The notes: generated by a model from the letters alone, not told the origin. Positions 42,430 to 56,961 are shown, counted from the stretch's first letter. The stretch: DNA of 64,000 bases from Eledone cirrhosa (GCA_964016885.1 OZ024744.1:88164001-88228000), one strand, 5' to 3'. Numbers and translations are program-made.

Positions 42430-44887
42430 TATGCATATATGTATGTATATATATAAATGAATCGGGACTCCGACGGTTGAGCTCTTGCCGTTTCAACAGC
42501 TAGTTCCAGACTCAGTAATGATCTAAAACAGTTTTTTACTACATCCATATTGATTTATAAATATAACGTTTTTGTTTATAACTCGTTTCTCCTCCCCGCT
42601 CATAATTTTATGTAACAATCGTTTGTTATTCCGCTTGTGTCTAATAACAGACCGTGTGTTTTATCTCTCTTACCACTGCTCATTCGCTACCATTTATCAT
42701 TTGCTTTCTCGCTAATTCTATGTATTCCTATTTATATCTCCCTTACTTTCTCACTCTCTTCATTTTCTTCAGACGCGCTCCGGTTTTCATAACGAAACTA
42801 TCTCTATGTAGTTCATTTTCTCTCTCTATCTGAATTCTTTTGAGCATTTTCATTAGTCGTCATGTAAAGCCACGTGAGGGGTATAAGACGCACCACTCAT
42901 CATGAAGAAAATTTAGGGAGGCGGAACAGTTTGTTGTATATCAGAAGTTATTTAATGAAAGTGTGTTAAACTGATAGAAGCTGCAGAAAATAGTATTGGT
43001 GTCTCTAGAATATTCTGGTTTCTCTGGTGTTTAGTTTTGTGGTGTTTTGATGAATGCGTGTGCGGTAAATGAATATACACATATACACCAGGTTCGAACA
43101 CAAAAGAACTAAACTCCCACTATCACTGCCTCCGTCTCTCCCGCTCTCTGCAACTCTTTCTAATATGAGCATTCAAAAGGATAATAGATATGTATGAACG
43201 ATGTTGTTATTGCAATGGTAATGATGGCAGTGATCTGTTTATGTGATTGTGATGGTGATGGTGTGGTGGGATGGGATGATGTTACGTTCAGTATTGGTGA
43301 TGTAATGAGTAATAGTATGGTGAGATTGTTGTAGATGTGGTATGATGGTGGTGGCGATAGTATGTGGTTCGTTATGAGTTGATGTGGTAGTATGTGATAA
43401 CATGTTATGTTTATATTATTATTTCTGTTTGAGGGAAGGGGCTGTGCCAATGAATTTTGTATGACCTCTGAAACTGATAAGATTGAAGCCATGTATGTTC
43501 AGTTTAAAATGTTGTGCGAGGGTCAGCTGAAACGTTCATCGGCTGACCAAGATACACTCATGGAATGGCCAAATATGGTTTATATTTCAACATAGTCCGT
43601 ATAAAGAATCAAGGCAATTATTAATAGGAAGATTTCACAGCTCTAGCATCACTCATTCGTAGTCATATGCACAGAGAATGTATGCCAGGGGTATGACGGG
43701 ATGATATTCTGGGCGGAAGAACAATGGATAATAGTTAGTGAAAGAGCTAGGAAGTAGAACACATTATGTGTGAGGAGAGGAGAGGAGAGAAAAGAGATGT
43801 GGGAGTGCTTGACTGAAGGTGACATTAGGTGAGCAAGTCTGAGGAGTTGATGCCATTGCAGCAGTGAGAGAAATTGAGACTGAAACTGGAGCATGTGTCT
43901 TAGAGATTTAATTCCAATGAGATGAGAGCCTTTTTTTCAGGGTATTAAATATGATGTATTCACGAGTAGGAGTAGGACCTTTACGTAGATGACAAAACTA
44001 CTCCAACGTGTGTTTTACCTGAACATTGTTGAGGGGAGGAAGTTGTTCGGAGTTGATGTATTTTCTGCCTCTGAAGAGAAGAGCCAGTCTCTTACATGCA
44101 GTTATGGGCATGTTGAAGATGTGTCTTTGCAATGAGAGACACTTAAGAAGTGTAAGGCTTAAGTATTTGGATCGAAAGCGATGGTTTTATAATTGCGTGT
44201 TGTTCTTCGTTAACGTTGGTTTGGTACAGTGATGTTTTATTTCCGTGTACTGACAATCAACAAAGCAAATGAACATTCAGTAAAAATTGATCAGATCTTT
44301 CAATGATTCGGTTTCAGACATTCAAGTGTTCTGCTATCATATAGGTTCAACATCTTAAAAAGTTTCGGCGATCGCATTGGTTCCCGTACTTATTTCAATC
44401 AATAACTTATCAATTTTTATTTCCAGAAGTATTGGTTACGGGATAAAGCAAGAAAATACACATAGACATACATAGACACACACAGATACACACACAAATG
44501 CAAACAAACACACAAGCATACAAAATCATACACACGCACACACACAGACTCACTCTCACACACACACACACTGAATATTAATGTGTTTCAAATAACGTAT
44601 GTATACAGTTACAATACAATTATTATTTTATAAGTGTCGGCTCTTGTGGCAAATAAATGAAACTATTATTTTCTGAGTAATTGTCCACTGACTGAACTAT
44701 GTATATCCCGAGCAATTTCGGGTATTACTGCTAGTATAATATATACGACGAGTTTCCATTTGGTTTCCGTCTCGTAAGGTTTTCGTATTCCTAATCATAT
44801 TATAATCGATACTTTCGCAAAGTATCACAGAATCGAGCTGGGAGGAAAATCTTAACCAAACAACCATATCAATGTACTTTGTTTTAA

Positions 44888-45487
44888 TAATTGTTTCTAC
44901 TTTTGGCACAAGGCCAGCAATAACCCAGTGTATTACTGGTACTTTATTTTATCGATCCCGTAAGGATGAAAGGCAAAGTTAACCTCGGCGGGATTTGAAA
45001 TCAGATCATAAAGGGACCTAACTCTATGCTTCAAAGCATGGCGTCCGTTGGTTTCTGATTGAGGTACAAAGATAACAATTTGAGAGGCAGGGAAAAGTCT
45101 ATTAAATCGACCCCAGTGCATCACTGGTGCTTTATATGATCGACCCCCGTAAGGATGAAAGGCAAAGCTAACCTCGGTGGGATTTGAACTCAGATCGTAA
45201 AGAGTCGTAACTTAATGCCGTAAAGCATGGTGTCTCACGCTCTACTGACACTGCCAATCCCCCCTCCCACCGTTAATGTCTACTATAGGCACAAGACAGC
45301 AGTTTTTTAGGGGAGGGGAAAGTCAATTAAATCGACAGTGCACCACTGACACTTTATTTTATAGACTCCGTAAGGAGGAAAGGCAAAGCTAACCTCGGTG
45401 GGATTTGAACTCAGATCGTAAAGGGCCGTAACTTTATGCCGTAAATCATGGTGTCTGATGCTCTACCGATACTGCCAATCCACCTCC
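44888..45487 (-). mobile_element. Tandem trimer of octopus-type tRNA SINE
   Basis: Three successive AAAGGCAAAG.TAACCTCGG.GGGATTTGAA cores. Confidence 0.88.
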
Positions 45488-46394
45488 CTTACTTTGATAT
45501 TTATATTATGTACGTTGTTGTTTAGGCTGCAGTTGGCCAGTAACCAGTATACATGTAACCAACTGCTATGTAGCCTAGACCAACATGTTTTTTGTTGTTT
45601 TTTTCAAGAATGGATTACCGTATGAAAGACTACATTTTTCAATGTCTTTCTATATTTAATGACAGTATTTGAGAGATTTGGCTGTTATTTCTAGTAGATA
45701 AAGTCACTGAGTGAAGGTCCCGTGAATGACTTTTATTGTTGGTGACGGTGATAGTGTTGATAGTTTCTGACAAAGGTGATTTGAAGAAAGCATCATATAT
45801 TGTGACAGAGCTGGTGTCAGAACTGACGGAGATTAACGGAAACTAGCGAATGACTGGCGGAAGGTGTCGGAAGCTACTGTGGCTGACGGTGATTGCAGCT
45901 GTCGGAAGATGTTAATAAGAGGATGAGGTATGAGGGTGAGGGTGAGGGAAAAAGGAAAAAAATGAGATAAGAAGAATGTGAAGCTGGAAAGAGGAGAACA
46001 ATCTGGAGGTAAAGGAGAAGGTGGGAGGAAACGAGAAGAAAACGGAAGAGAAGGAGGTTAAAGAGGAAGTAAAATTGAATAGGAGAGGGTAGATATCATA
46101 TCTAAGAAAACTATAGGCGATTATTAAACATCGTTATCGCTGTCAAACATAAAGGGGCTGAAGATAAAGGAGAGAAAAGAAGCGTATGTTGATGAGGGGT
46201 TCGAGGGGAAAGGAGAAAGGAGAAGAATGATCTGAAACAGGAAGAGGATGAAAAGGCTTGTAAGAGGATATACGTACAAATGTATATATAATAAAGTTAT
46301 ATCTGTATAAATACAGAGTATGTAACCGAGACCGCACCAACATCTATAAATATAACTAAAGTCTAAAATCTGTTTTAAACCAGAAGGTTCATTT

Positions 46395-46641
46395 CGCCGG
46401 TACTTATCCCGGTTTTATGGCGAGAAGCGACTGAGAGTTCAAGACTTCCCCATAGACAGAACGCCAGTCCATCGTAGGGTTAAACCCCCGGCTATTGATG
46501 GTATACATTTTCAGCTGAGTATACTGGAGCAACGTGAAATGAATTGTTTTGCTCAAGAACACAACACGCAAGCCAGGAATCGAATCCAGGACATTACGAT
46601 CGTAAGTCCAACGCCCTTACCATTAGGTCTCGTGTCTCCAC
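46395..46641 (-). mobile_element. CORE-type (MIR-like) tRNA SINE
   Basis: Minus strand: tRNA head with GATTCGATTCC, a CORE-like CTTGAGCAAAACAATTCATTTCACGTTGCTCCAGT..ACTCAGCTG, and tail GATGGACTGGCGTTCTGTC. Confidence 0.7.
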
Positions 46642-46942
46642 TTATAAATATGTACATATATCTAATATATAGGCATCTAAACATGCCAGAAAATAAGAAT
46701 TTCCCTCTAAATTGAATAACACGATAAACATTTTTAATCGATTTTCGGATCTTATTGGACTCTCAATAGAAGACGTGTATATTATCTGATGAACCACATG
46801 TATTTAATGGATATATATATCCCCATACACTCTTAGTGTCATTCTTAAATGTACGTACTAATTTGCGTATAATTAGCGCTCATATTGTTTATTAATACAG
46901 ATATAAACTTTATACTCTTATAGGCTTTTAGAGCATTTCTTG

Positions 46943-46985
<43 letters not shown>

Positions 46986-46987
46986 TA

Positions 46988-47147
46988 TAAACGGAAAAAA
47001 TGAAACGAAATTTCATTTCTCACTCTTAGTACGGCTGTTACTTAAATATAAGTATGTATACGTACATACATATATGTATACAGACGTACAGACGTACATA
47101 TATGTATACACACCGAGCATTATAATAAATGTTCGGTGAATCCATAC

Positions 47148-47182
<35 letters not shown>

Positions 47183-47255
47183 CATGTATGTATATATATA
47201 TATACATACTACTGTACGTCTGTATACATATATGTATGTAAGTATACATACTTAT
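46988..47255. mobile_element. Family G fold-back element, shorter copy without the ribozyme
   Basis: Both arms end at the same positions as in 9063-9740. Confidence 0.75.
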
Positions 47256-47412
47256 ATATATATTGTATATAACTTTCTCAGTACTCTGATATGCCCAGTT
47301 CCTGGTTGGGTTGTTATTTCACTGAGGAACTGGAATCATATTTATTTTATTTTATATATATATATATATATAAAATATATATAATATAAAACGAAAAATA
47401 TATATATATTTA

Positions 47413-47810
47413 TATATATATAATATAAAACGAAAAATCAGTGTGATGCATCCGAACTCAAATTATTGTGTGTTACAATTGTTTCGCCAGAGGACAGCTT
47501 GAGATAGGATCATTGTGTGGATCTGTCTGATTCTGGGTCTGTAGGTTCGACGGACACGTCTAATGATTTCGGAGCAAAGTCTTTCACTGAAAGACTTTGC
47601 TCCGAAATCATTAGACGTGTCCAGAATCAAACAGGTCCACGCAATTATCGCGTCTCGAGCTGTCCGCCGGCGAAACAATTGTAACACACAATAAATTTAG
47701 TTCAGATGCATCACTGATTTTTCGTTTTATTTTATATCATACTTTGCGCTGTAAGATCATAGAGTGCTCAACCGGCATACCACCAATGGAAGCATCATAG
47801 CTACCATCAG
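47413..47810. mobile_element. Family D fold-back element; + arm tail abuts (CA)n
   Basis: Palindrome centred at 47587 (GCAAAGTCTTTCA-C-TGAAAGACTTTGC). The minus arm carries GTGT-CCGTCGA...GAAAC-AATT-GTA-ACAC (47468-47558). Confidence 0.8.
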
Positions 47811-47867
<57 letters not shown>

Positions 47868-48014
47868 CAGGTGGACCATAGCGTACCATAACGCACCAGA
47901 GTACGCAATACATAGGGTAGTAGAATGGGTAATAGGAAAATTTGGGCTCTAGCTGTCGAAACGTCGGGGTCGTGACTGTTTTCATATATATATATATGAA
48001 TTTATGTATGTATG

Positions 48015-48068
<54 letters not shown>

Positions 48069-48075
<7 letters not shown>

Positions 48076-48322
48076 GTGAGGGTTTTTTTTTTACAAAATG
48101 AAAAATAACCGAGGTGTCCTACACGAATGAAAGTATAAAGAAAAAAAGATGAAATTGAAAATGCAACTGGAGTGTTATTTAAAAATATATATATATATAT
48201 TTAATTGGTTCCTTTACTTTTGAAAAGCAGAAGAACTGCGAAACCGGTAAAGGAACCAAATAAATATATATATTTTTTTTAAAATAAGACTCCAGTTGCA
48301 TTTTCGATTTCATCTTTTTTTT
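48069..48322. mobile_element. Family J fold-back element
   Basis: 48069-48217 is the inverse of 26593-26738, and 48217-48322 is a direct copy. Confidence 0.8.
48217..48252 (+). ncRNA. Minimal hammerhead, U3-A8 variant (family J)
   Basis: CTT-TTGAAAA-GCAG-AAGAA-CTGC-GAAAC-CG-GTA-AAG. Confidence 0.7.
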
Positions 48323-48325
48323 CTG

Positions 48326-48433
<108 letters not shown>

Positions 48434-48584
48434 TAAATAAATATACACGGGTCTGTATGATTGTGTATTGATTATATTAATAAAAGGAATTCCAACTTTG
48501 TCTTATTTACTCGTTTTATTTACAATCCTTTAAAATTATAATGATATTATAATGAAATAGAATGATAGTATATTAAATGTTAAT

Positions 48585-48623
48585 TGAACAAGTACTTTCA
48601 TGCTTTCGCAATCTTCAGGTTCA
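48585..48623 (-). ncRNA. Minimal type I hammerhead ribozyme
   Basis: Exact reverse complement of 57063-57101. Element spans about 48474-48660. Confidence 0.85.
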
Positions 48624-49238
48624 TATTAAGTGGTGACAGTCAAGTTTGCAATTTTCGACAGTCGAAAATTGAAAATTTGGAGGGTGTTGCTGAAAAACTA
48701 TAACAACGTGTGTTGCGTCCCGTTAGGGTTTGTCGGCTATATAGCTTATTTGAATAATCTTGTCTAATATCCAGACTGATTCATTTTTTTTTTTTTTTCT
48801 GGTTTTGGTTTTCAATTCTACTTTGGCGACTCCTCGATGGGCGGATCATGTCGTTCGTGAGAAGAAACTCAACAGACCGCAGTGTGGTAGCTGCTCTACT
48901 AAGCACGTCACTCCAGACGGCAAGTCGAGTTGTATAAATTCCTGATGGTTTTTCCCGAATGTGACAGTTCTAGTCCTGTAGAAGCCATTTCTATATTAAA
49001 TATTTACACCCTGCTATGATTTGAGTACCTTATTTACTGTGGTTACCCCTGATTGAACCCGGGATAAACTTATCTATCTATCTACGTATATATATATATA
49101 TATATATATATAGTCAGGTTCGTGAATTGCATCGATCGTGCCTCGAGCTGGTCGGCAGAGAAACGATTGTAATATGTCTAATAAATTGTATCCGTAGCAC
49201 CACTGATTCTCCGTTTCTTATGTGATATATATATATGT

Positions 49239-49315
<77 letters not shown>

Positions 49316-49316
49316 T

Positions 49317-50215
49317 CGCGCGCGACAAGCACATCGAATGTGCTCAGGCGTTCACAGCCCTCTGGCAGGCGGACCCGGCGATTACTTCGTCATTCTATGG
49401 AGGGTTGATCCGTAGCAAGTGCGACGACGCGCTCGGAGAAACTCTAGGCGTAGAGGAAGACGAACTGGCCAGTCTGTTCGGTACAGTCCGATGGATGTGC
49501 TCCCGAGGAGCTCTGCCAGTTCGAGACAAGCTCTATAGACATGGGCGCCCGGGCAGGGACCCTGCAAAAAAGATCTGTCCGAGGTGCGTCGAGACGAAGA
49601 AAACGTCGCGCATGCATTCATACACTGCCCAGGCGTCACTGACCTGTGGGGCTATGTAGAACGACTATTGTCGCGGGTGAGACCAATCCCGTTGACCATC
49701 GAGTCCATTGTCATGATCAAACCGCCACCGTTCTTCAAAAATGAAGGAGAGGCGGTTTTCCTTTGTGTGATAGCTATGGCGAAAGAGGTTGTATGGTGGA
49801 CGAGGTTAAAAGGGCTGAGGTCAGACACCTTTCTATCCGGCCAACAACTGATTCTTTTTTTCAAATATCACTTTGGAAGAAGAATCAGGATGGAGAAAGA
49901 GGTGCTGTACCCCAGCAAGTTTTATGAAAGATGGGTGAAAGTGGCGAGAATAGCCCGACTGAATGGGCCTTCTCTCTATATCAGCCTGTAGGTTGAGGAA
50001 AAAGAGGAAGTGAGGAAATGGATACTCACTCTTCGTACTCCTGGAGATGAGGGCTGCACATTTTTTGGGGGGTATGTGTTACCCATATGTAATGTCTCCC
50101 CCTCGAATAATTTTTAAATTGCATATGTGATAGTATTTTACACGTTTTTATTATATGTAAACTTCTCCCTTTTATTTGTCCCCTTCTTTTGTGCCCCTGT
50201 GGCTAATAAAGAAAC
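49317..50215 (+). mobile_element. Tx1/L1-like LINE 3' fragment (zinc-binding C-terminus, frameshifted)
   Basis: WMCSRGALPVRDKLYRHG...CPRC / EENVAHAFIHCP..DLWGYV...KEVVWWTR...FYERW. AATAAA near 50205, then (CT)n. Confidence 0.8.
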
Positions 50216-50243
50216 ATATCTTCTTTCTCTCGCGCGCGCTCTC

Positions 50244-50293
<50 letters not shown>

Positions 50294-50954
50294 ACTCACA
50301 AACTAGTCCTTTTTTTTTCGTATATATATATATGCCCACCATTTTATTCTTCCTGTAACTACGATTTCTCCAATGGATGTCTTTGCTCCATATGTCTTTA
50401 GTCTTTGTATTGCTAAATGTTTCATTTCAACCCTAACATGTAGGCTGACACACTTCCTTCCTTCCTTCCTTCGTCCCATCTCTCCTATCTCACTCACACC
50501 GCTCTCTCACAATTTCTCCCATTACAAACACAAACATACACATACAGTCAAACACGCACACACACACACACACACACAGACATACACTCATACACTCAAA
50601 CACACTCACACATACATATATACATATATGTGTGTGTGTTTGTGTCTGAGGTTTCTGTGTGTATGTATGAATGAATGCATGCATGTACGTACGTATGTAT
50701 ATGTACGTATATATGTATGTATGCACGTATGTATGCATGCCTGCATGCAGATATACATAAATGAATGTATTTATGTATATATATATATATGTATGTATGT
50801 ACGTATATATGTGTATATGTGTGCAAGTATGTATGTATATATATGTTTGTATGTGTATATGTATATATGCGTGTATGTATGTAAGCATGTGTCTCTATAT
50901 GCATGTATGAATGTGCATGTGTGTATGTGTGTATGCATGTATGCATGTATGTAT

Positions 50955-51270
50955 GATGTTGACTTGTTCTTTTTTGTAAATATCATCTTGGTTAAGAGAG
51001 TGGGACTGGCTTTGTGCAGTGCCTTTGCTCACTATAAAAGCTTCACGGCACAGGCATTGCTTTATATCTGGAGATCTCTCTGCACTTGTCGTCACATGGT
51101 ACCATGGACCCAGCACTATGTGTCAATAATTGTCACAAGTGTAGTATTTGTACCAGAGTTTTCAAGTCGCTGGCTGGACTAAAATGTCACACTCGTTCAG
51201 CGCATCGGTAGGAGCTCTCCTACATGGATATAAAGTAGTGGCCGTACTCGAAAACGAGTTGGCAGCCACC
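50955..51270 (+). mobile_element. Family I RTE-derived element, 5'-truncated
   Basis: Near-identical to 18141-18461. Confidence 0.75.
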
Positions 51271-52700
51271 ATATGTATATATGTATGTATATATGGATGC
51301 ATGTATGTTTGTAAGTGTATGTATGTATATATGTATGCATGTATATATGTATATGTATATATGTATATATGTATGTATATTTGTATGCATGTATGTATGT
51401 ATCTAAGTGTATGTATGTACATATGTATGCATGTATGTATGTATGTATGTATGTGTATATATGTATATATGTATGTATATTTGTATGCATGTATGTATGT
51501 ATCTATGTAAGTGTATGTATATATGTATGCATGTATGTATGTATGTAAGTATGTGTATATATGTATATATGTATGTATATTTGTATGCATGTATGTATGT
51601 ATGTATGTGTATATATGTATATATGTATATATGTATGTATATTTGTATGTTTGTATGTATGTATGTATGTAAGTGTATGTATGTATATATGTATGCATGT
51701 ATGTATGTATGTATGTATGTGTATATATGTATATATGTATGTATATTTGTATGCATGTATGTATGTAAGTGTATGTATGTATATATGTATGCATGTATAT
51801 GTATGTATGTGTATATATGTATATATGTATGTATATTTGTATGCATGTTTGTATGTATGTATGTAAGTGTATGTATGTATATATGTATGCATGTATGTAT
51901 GTATGTGTATATATGTATATATGTATGTATATTTCTATGCATGTATGTATGTATGTAAGTGTATGTATGTATATATGTATGCATGTATGTATGTATGTGT
52001 ATATATGTATATATGTATGTATATTTCTATGCATGTATGTATGTATGTAAGTGTATGTATGTATATATGTATGCATGTATGTATGTATGTATGTATGTGT
52101 ATATATGTATATATGTATGTATATTTGTATGCATCTATGTATGTATCTATGTAAGTGTATGTATATATGTATGCATGTATGTATGTATGTAAGTATGTGT
52201 ATATATGTATATATGTATGTATATTTGTATGCATGTATGTATGTATGTATGTATGTATGTATGTGTATGTATGTATATATGTGTGCATGTATGTATGTAT
52301 GTATGTGTATATATGTATATATGTATATATGTATGTATATTTGTATGCATGTATGTATGTATGTAAGTGTATGTATGTATATATGTATGCATGTATGTAT
52401 GTATGTGTATATATGTATATATGTATGTATATTTGTATGCATGTATGTATGTATGTAAGTGTATGTATTATATATGTATGCATGTATATGTATGTATGTG
52501 TATATATGTATATATGTATGTATATTTGTATGCATGTATGCATGTATGTATGTATGTATGTAAGTGTATGTATGTATATATGTATGCATGTATGTATGTA
52601 TGTGTATATATGTATATATGTATGTATATTTGTATGCATGTATGTATGTATGTAAGTGTATGTATGTATATATGTATGTTAGTATATATATATGTGTATA
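51271..52700. repeat. (TATG)n-based compound satellite with a higher-order period of about 92 bp
   Basis: The AAGTGT marker recurs at 51865, 51957 and 52049. Confidence 0.9.
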
Positions 52701-52967
52701 TGTCTCTACGTAAGTAGGTATAAAGGATGGTAGCTATGTGTATTTGAATGCATGTGTGCGTTCGCGCTCTTCGTAATGTGCACTCTATGCCGGAGAAATC
52801 TTTTGATGAAGAGAAATAAGCTTTTGTGTGATGTGTACAAGGAGCTCCATGCATCCTGTTCCGTCTCCCAAAACCAATTGCTTGTTTCCTGCTCTGGTAA
52901 ATAAATAAGGCATAGTCTCACTCTCACTCTCTCTCTCCCCCTCTCTCTCCCTCTCTCTCTCTATCTC

Positions 52968-53003
<36 letters not shown>

Positions 53004-53116
53004 AAGGTTAAGCAAGGTTCAATGAATAAATCAATGAATAAAGTTTTATAACTACACCCAGATATATATTTGATATTTTGATTGATTGACTATTTCTAAA
53101 TAATTCTCTCTCTCTC

Positions 53117-53154
<38 letters not shown>

Positions 53155-54590
53155 CTCCCTCTCTCTCTCTCTCTCTCTCTCCCTCCCTCTCTCTCTCTCT
53201 CTCCCTCTCTCTCGATGTGCTTGAGCGTATATGCGCTTGTGTATACGTTTGGACGTGTGTGTGTGTGTGTGTGAGTGTATATATATATACTCACATACAC
53301 ACACACACACACACACGTATATATTAAGGTACATTTTCCTATATATATAGAACATCATTTGCGTTATTAGAGACACGACTATGTTTGAGCCCTTTAGATT
53401 CATGATTATGCGTACCTAGACTTGCACAGTCTCATCATCCTGATTTTGTTGTTTCATGCGAACTGAATTGGCGAGTAATTTGGTGTAATGTTTATCGCAA
53501 TCATATTGTATACGATGATTCCCGTGGACGATTCTGACTACCAATTGTCCATAACCAGGCATTTACTTATTCAACTTCATCCTAGATCATATATTCATAT
53601 ATATTACACCATCTTTCACTTCTTGAGAATAAGGGTCTCTTTAATCCGCAACATATCTGGCTTCTTTCTAGACTTCTCAAACCTTTTCACTTCACAACGA
53701 GATAATAAACCCTTTAACCCCAACATGCTTAGACAGAATAAATACCATTTAAGTCTATATTTAGTTTCTCTCTATACCTCTGACGCCTTCCTTCCCCAGT
53801 AACAACCATCGATTTGGCAAGTGATAGTATTGTCTATACTAACAACCTCAACTGCTTCTGACTCACTGCCGCTATCATACACCAGCTGCTCTCTGTCATC
53901 ATGTACAAATATATTCTTCCAGATCTCGGGAATGTCGAAGAGGCAAGTTCCTCTGGCCTGCTGGCCATCACAAATATAGACTAGCTGCGGTCCTTTACAA
54001 GCACACCTGCGGCTGTCACAAAGAATTTTACAGCGCGTGCATAATATAAAATAAGAAAATATTAGTTGTAATGACGCAATTATTTTTCATGTGTGGGCCT
54101 CAGACAAGACATATGTGACCTATGTGACCTTCGAGGGACACTCAGTTTGACATGTCTCGCCTAGAACGTTAACTTCGTCTCGTCAGGCAACCAACAAAAT
54201 ATATAGCAAGTTCATCAACTTTCATGGTCTAAATGAACGTGGGAGATGACCACTTAGATAACACTCAATCCATTTCCCTGTTCGAATTCACATAAATAAT
54301 TGCTTTAGAATGTTTCATGTACACCAAATTCTATGAAAAGAGTGCCAACAGAAGCCTATTGTTCCCCACGATTCTGCCCTACGCTTCAGAACCAAAATGC
54401 CCTATTCGATGATGCAGCAAGAACAAAAAGAACCAGTACCAAACGGCTTCTCCCAGCAAAGGTAGGCATGATAATACAACACCACGAAGAAAAGCACGCC
54501 AAATGTTGGCACATTCTATTTGTCAAATTATCCGTAGGAAATATCTGAATATATATATATGTGTGTGTGTATGTAGGTATGTATATATAT

Positions 54591-54982
54591 CGGGTCGTTG
54601 GCGACTAAACTGGCAACCCCACCAAGGTTTCTTGGTGAGGAGGGTGACTTTGGACATCCTGCAGGACTAAAAACAAAACCTGTCAAAGGGTAAATATTAT
54701 CTTGGTTAAGAGAGTGGGACTGGCTTTGTGCAGTGCCTTTACTCACTATAAAAGCTTCACGGCACAGGCATTGCTTTATATCTGGAGATCTCTCTGCACT
54801 TGTCGTCACATGGTACCATGGGCCCAGCACTATGTGTCAATAATTGTCACAAGTGTAGTATTTGTACCAGTTTTCAAGTCGCTGGCTGGACTAAAAAGTC
54901 ACACTCGTTCAGCGCATCGGTAGGGGTTCTCCTACATGGATATAAAGTAGTGGCCGTACTCGAAAACGAGTTGGCAGCCACC
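54591..54982 (+). mobile_element. Family I RTE-derived element with an internal deletion
   Basis: Joins CCTGTCAAAGG directly to GTAAATAT, deleting about 155 bp relative to 17861-18461. Confidence 0.75.
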
Positions 54983-54995
54983 ATATATATATATA

Positions 54996-55069
<74 letters not shown>

Positions 55070-55604
55070 CACATATGTGTGTGTGTGTATGTATATATAA
55101 ACATACATATATATATATATATATATAAACATATATACATATATATATATATATATCAGGCGGACCATGTCGAAACAGCCGGAGCACAGCCGTCGGGATG
55201 ATCCTGACTCTTTTCAAATTATATATATATGTGTGTGTGTGTGAGTGTAGAGAGAGAGAGGGGGGGGATTTATACATGATTAAAGACATTTCAAACGTGA
55301 CCATGCTTTCATTTTAGCAATATCAGCCATACATTAGCTCATTTGTATTATAAAGAGGGTGCGAGAAAAAGAGAGAAAAAGAGAGTGTCAGAGAGGAAGT
55401 TTATGTGTGAGTAAGTGCAAGATAAATATGGTGAGAGACCGCTTGAGGGAGAGAATGAAAGATATATAGTAAATTAGAGAATTATAAATTGAGTCGTCAA
55501 TTATAAAATTTGTAGAAATGTGTAGAAAGAAAAGAAATTTCTACAAATGTCATACTTGTCGACCCAATAGTAACATAGCATGATAGGTAAGATATGTGTG
55601 TGTG

Positions 55605-55652
<48 letters not shown>

Positions 55653-55655
<3 letters not shown>

Positions 55656-55844
55656 CGAAGGAAATGTGGTAAGGAACCAGGTGGACCATAACGCACCAAA
55701 GTACTCAATACTTAAGGTAGTAGAGTGGGTAATAGGAACGAGTAGGACCCGACGGCTGAGCTCAAGCCGTTTCGACGGCTAATTCTGGACTCCAGTATTA
55801 GCCGCCGAAACGGCTTGAGCTCAGCCGTCTGGGTCCTACTCGTT

Positions 55845-55849
<5 letters not shown>
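55653..55849. mobile_element. Family E fold-back element carrying a 3' hammerhead half
   Basis: Palindrome 55732-55849. Minus arm GAAAC-GGCTTGAGCTCAGCC-GTC plus a tail of about 80 nt. Relatives at 42460-42512, 47863-47985, 55156-55220 and 61066-61320. Confidence 0.75.
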
Positions 55850-55883
<34 letters not shown>

Positions 55884-55884
55884 C

Positions 55885-56021
<137 letters not shown>

Positions 56022-56509
56022 AAATTAACTTACTTACTATATGTAATATATATATATATATTACATATAGTAAGTAAGTTAATTTTTTATAATTTTCTTA
56101 ATTTACGTCTTTCATATAATTGTTCGGCATCCCCTTGCATTGAACCACAACGTTACTAAGACAAAACCTATATATTTGCTAGCATAGGTATGCATCTGTA
56201 TATATATGTTGGTAGATATACTAATTCTTTATAATTATCTCCAAATTATTTTGTTGAGCAAAAATATGCCAAAACTGCTACTATAGTTCATAGAAATGGC
56301 TCGGCTACTGTCTTTTTAACACCCCACTCCTCACTAATTAACCTCGATGTCACGTGATTGATTCTTTTGAATTTGCCACCGACCAAGTAGGCAGTGATTT
56401 TTTCAATGTCTTCGAATTTAGTCCACGCTTGCTTTTTTCCATCCACTGAATTATTTTCATATAAGTTCCCTGTGTCCACGCATCGCCAAGTATCTTAGCT
56501 GAGAACAGA

Positions 56510-56590
56510 CTTCCTGATAACGAAACGGCTTCTCCATGCTTTCAATTTGGAAACCATGTTTATTCCCTTTCAGAAACTAATTAGTTGGAG
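56510..56590 (+). ncRNA. Degenerate hammerhead (family H, core CTGATAA)
   Basis: CTTC-CTGATAA-CGAAACGG...CCCTTTCA-GAAAC-TAATTA-GTT-GGAG. Confidence 0.55.
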
Positions 56591-56720
56591 TGAAATTTTA
56601 GTAAGTAAGTTAACTTTTATAATTTTCTTATTTTACATCTTTCATATATATATATATATACATATGCATATATATTAATTCAAAATATTAACAAAAATAG
56701 ACAATTCTTGTGATCAAGTA

Positions 56721-56783
56721 TATTTTATTATACATATTTCAGAGGTACTGAGCTAACTTCAACCGTCCTCATCAGATAAAATA
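56721..56783 (-). ncRNA. Type I hammerhead in a PLE pseudo-LTR fragment (3270-5991 / 6025-6466 group)
   Basis: Minus strand: TATTTTAT-CTGATGA-GGA...TCT-GAAA-TATGTA-TA-ATAAAATA. Confidence 0.75.
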
Positions 56784-56918
56784 AGATGATGCATGACATT
56801 CCCTGACATAGTAGATGGCTAAGATCCAGTCATGGTAGTGAGTAAGATATGACAAAACTTTAAATATATGCATGTATATATATAAAAATATATATATATA
56901 TATATGTATATATATATT

Positions 56919-56953
<35 letters not shown>

Positions 56954-56961
56954 TCATATAC

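Noticed and set aside
43100-44260. Possible very old PLE remnant on the minus strand (IFNMPITACKR linker-like)
   Set aside because: Too degenerate to delimit or assign with confidence.
46781-46875. ATTAT-CTGATGA with a long hairpin
   Set aside because: The GAAA box is missing. Possibly a decayed hammerhead, but unsupported.
53480-53760. Possible LINE endonuclease N-terminus on the minus strand (KPDMLRIKET)
   Set aside because: One weak motif with no supporting downstream motifs.
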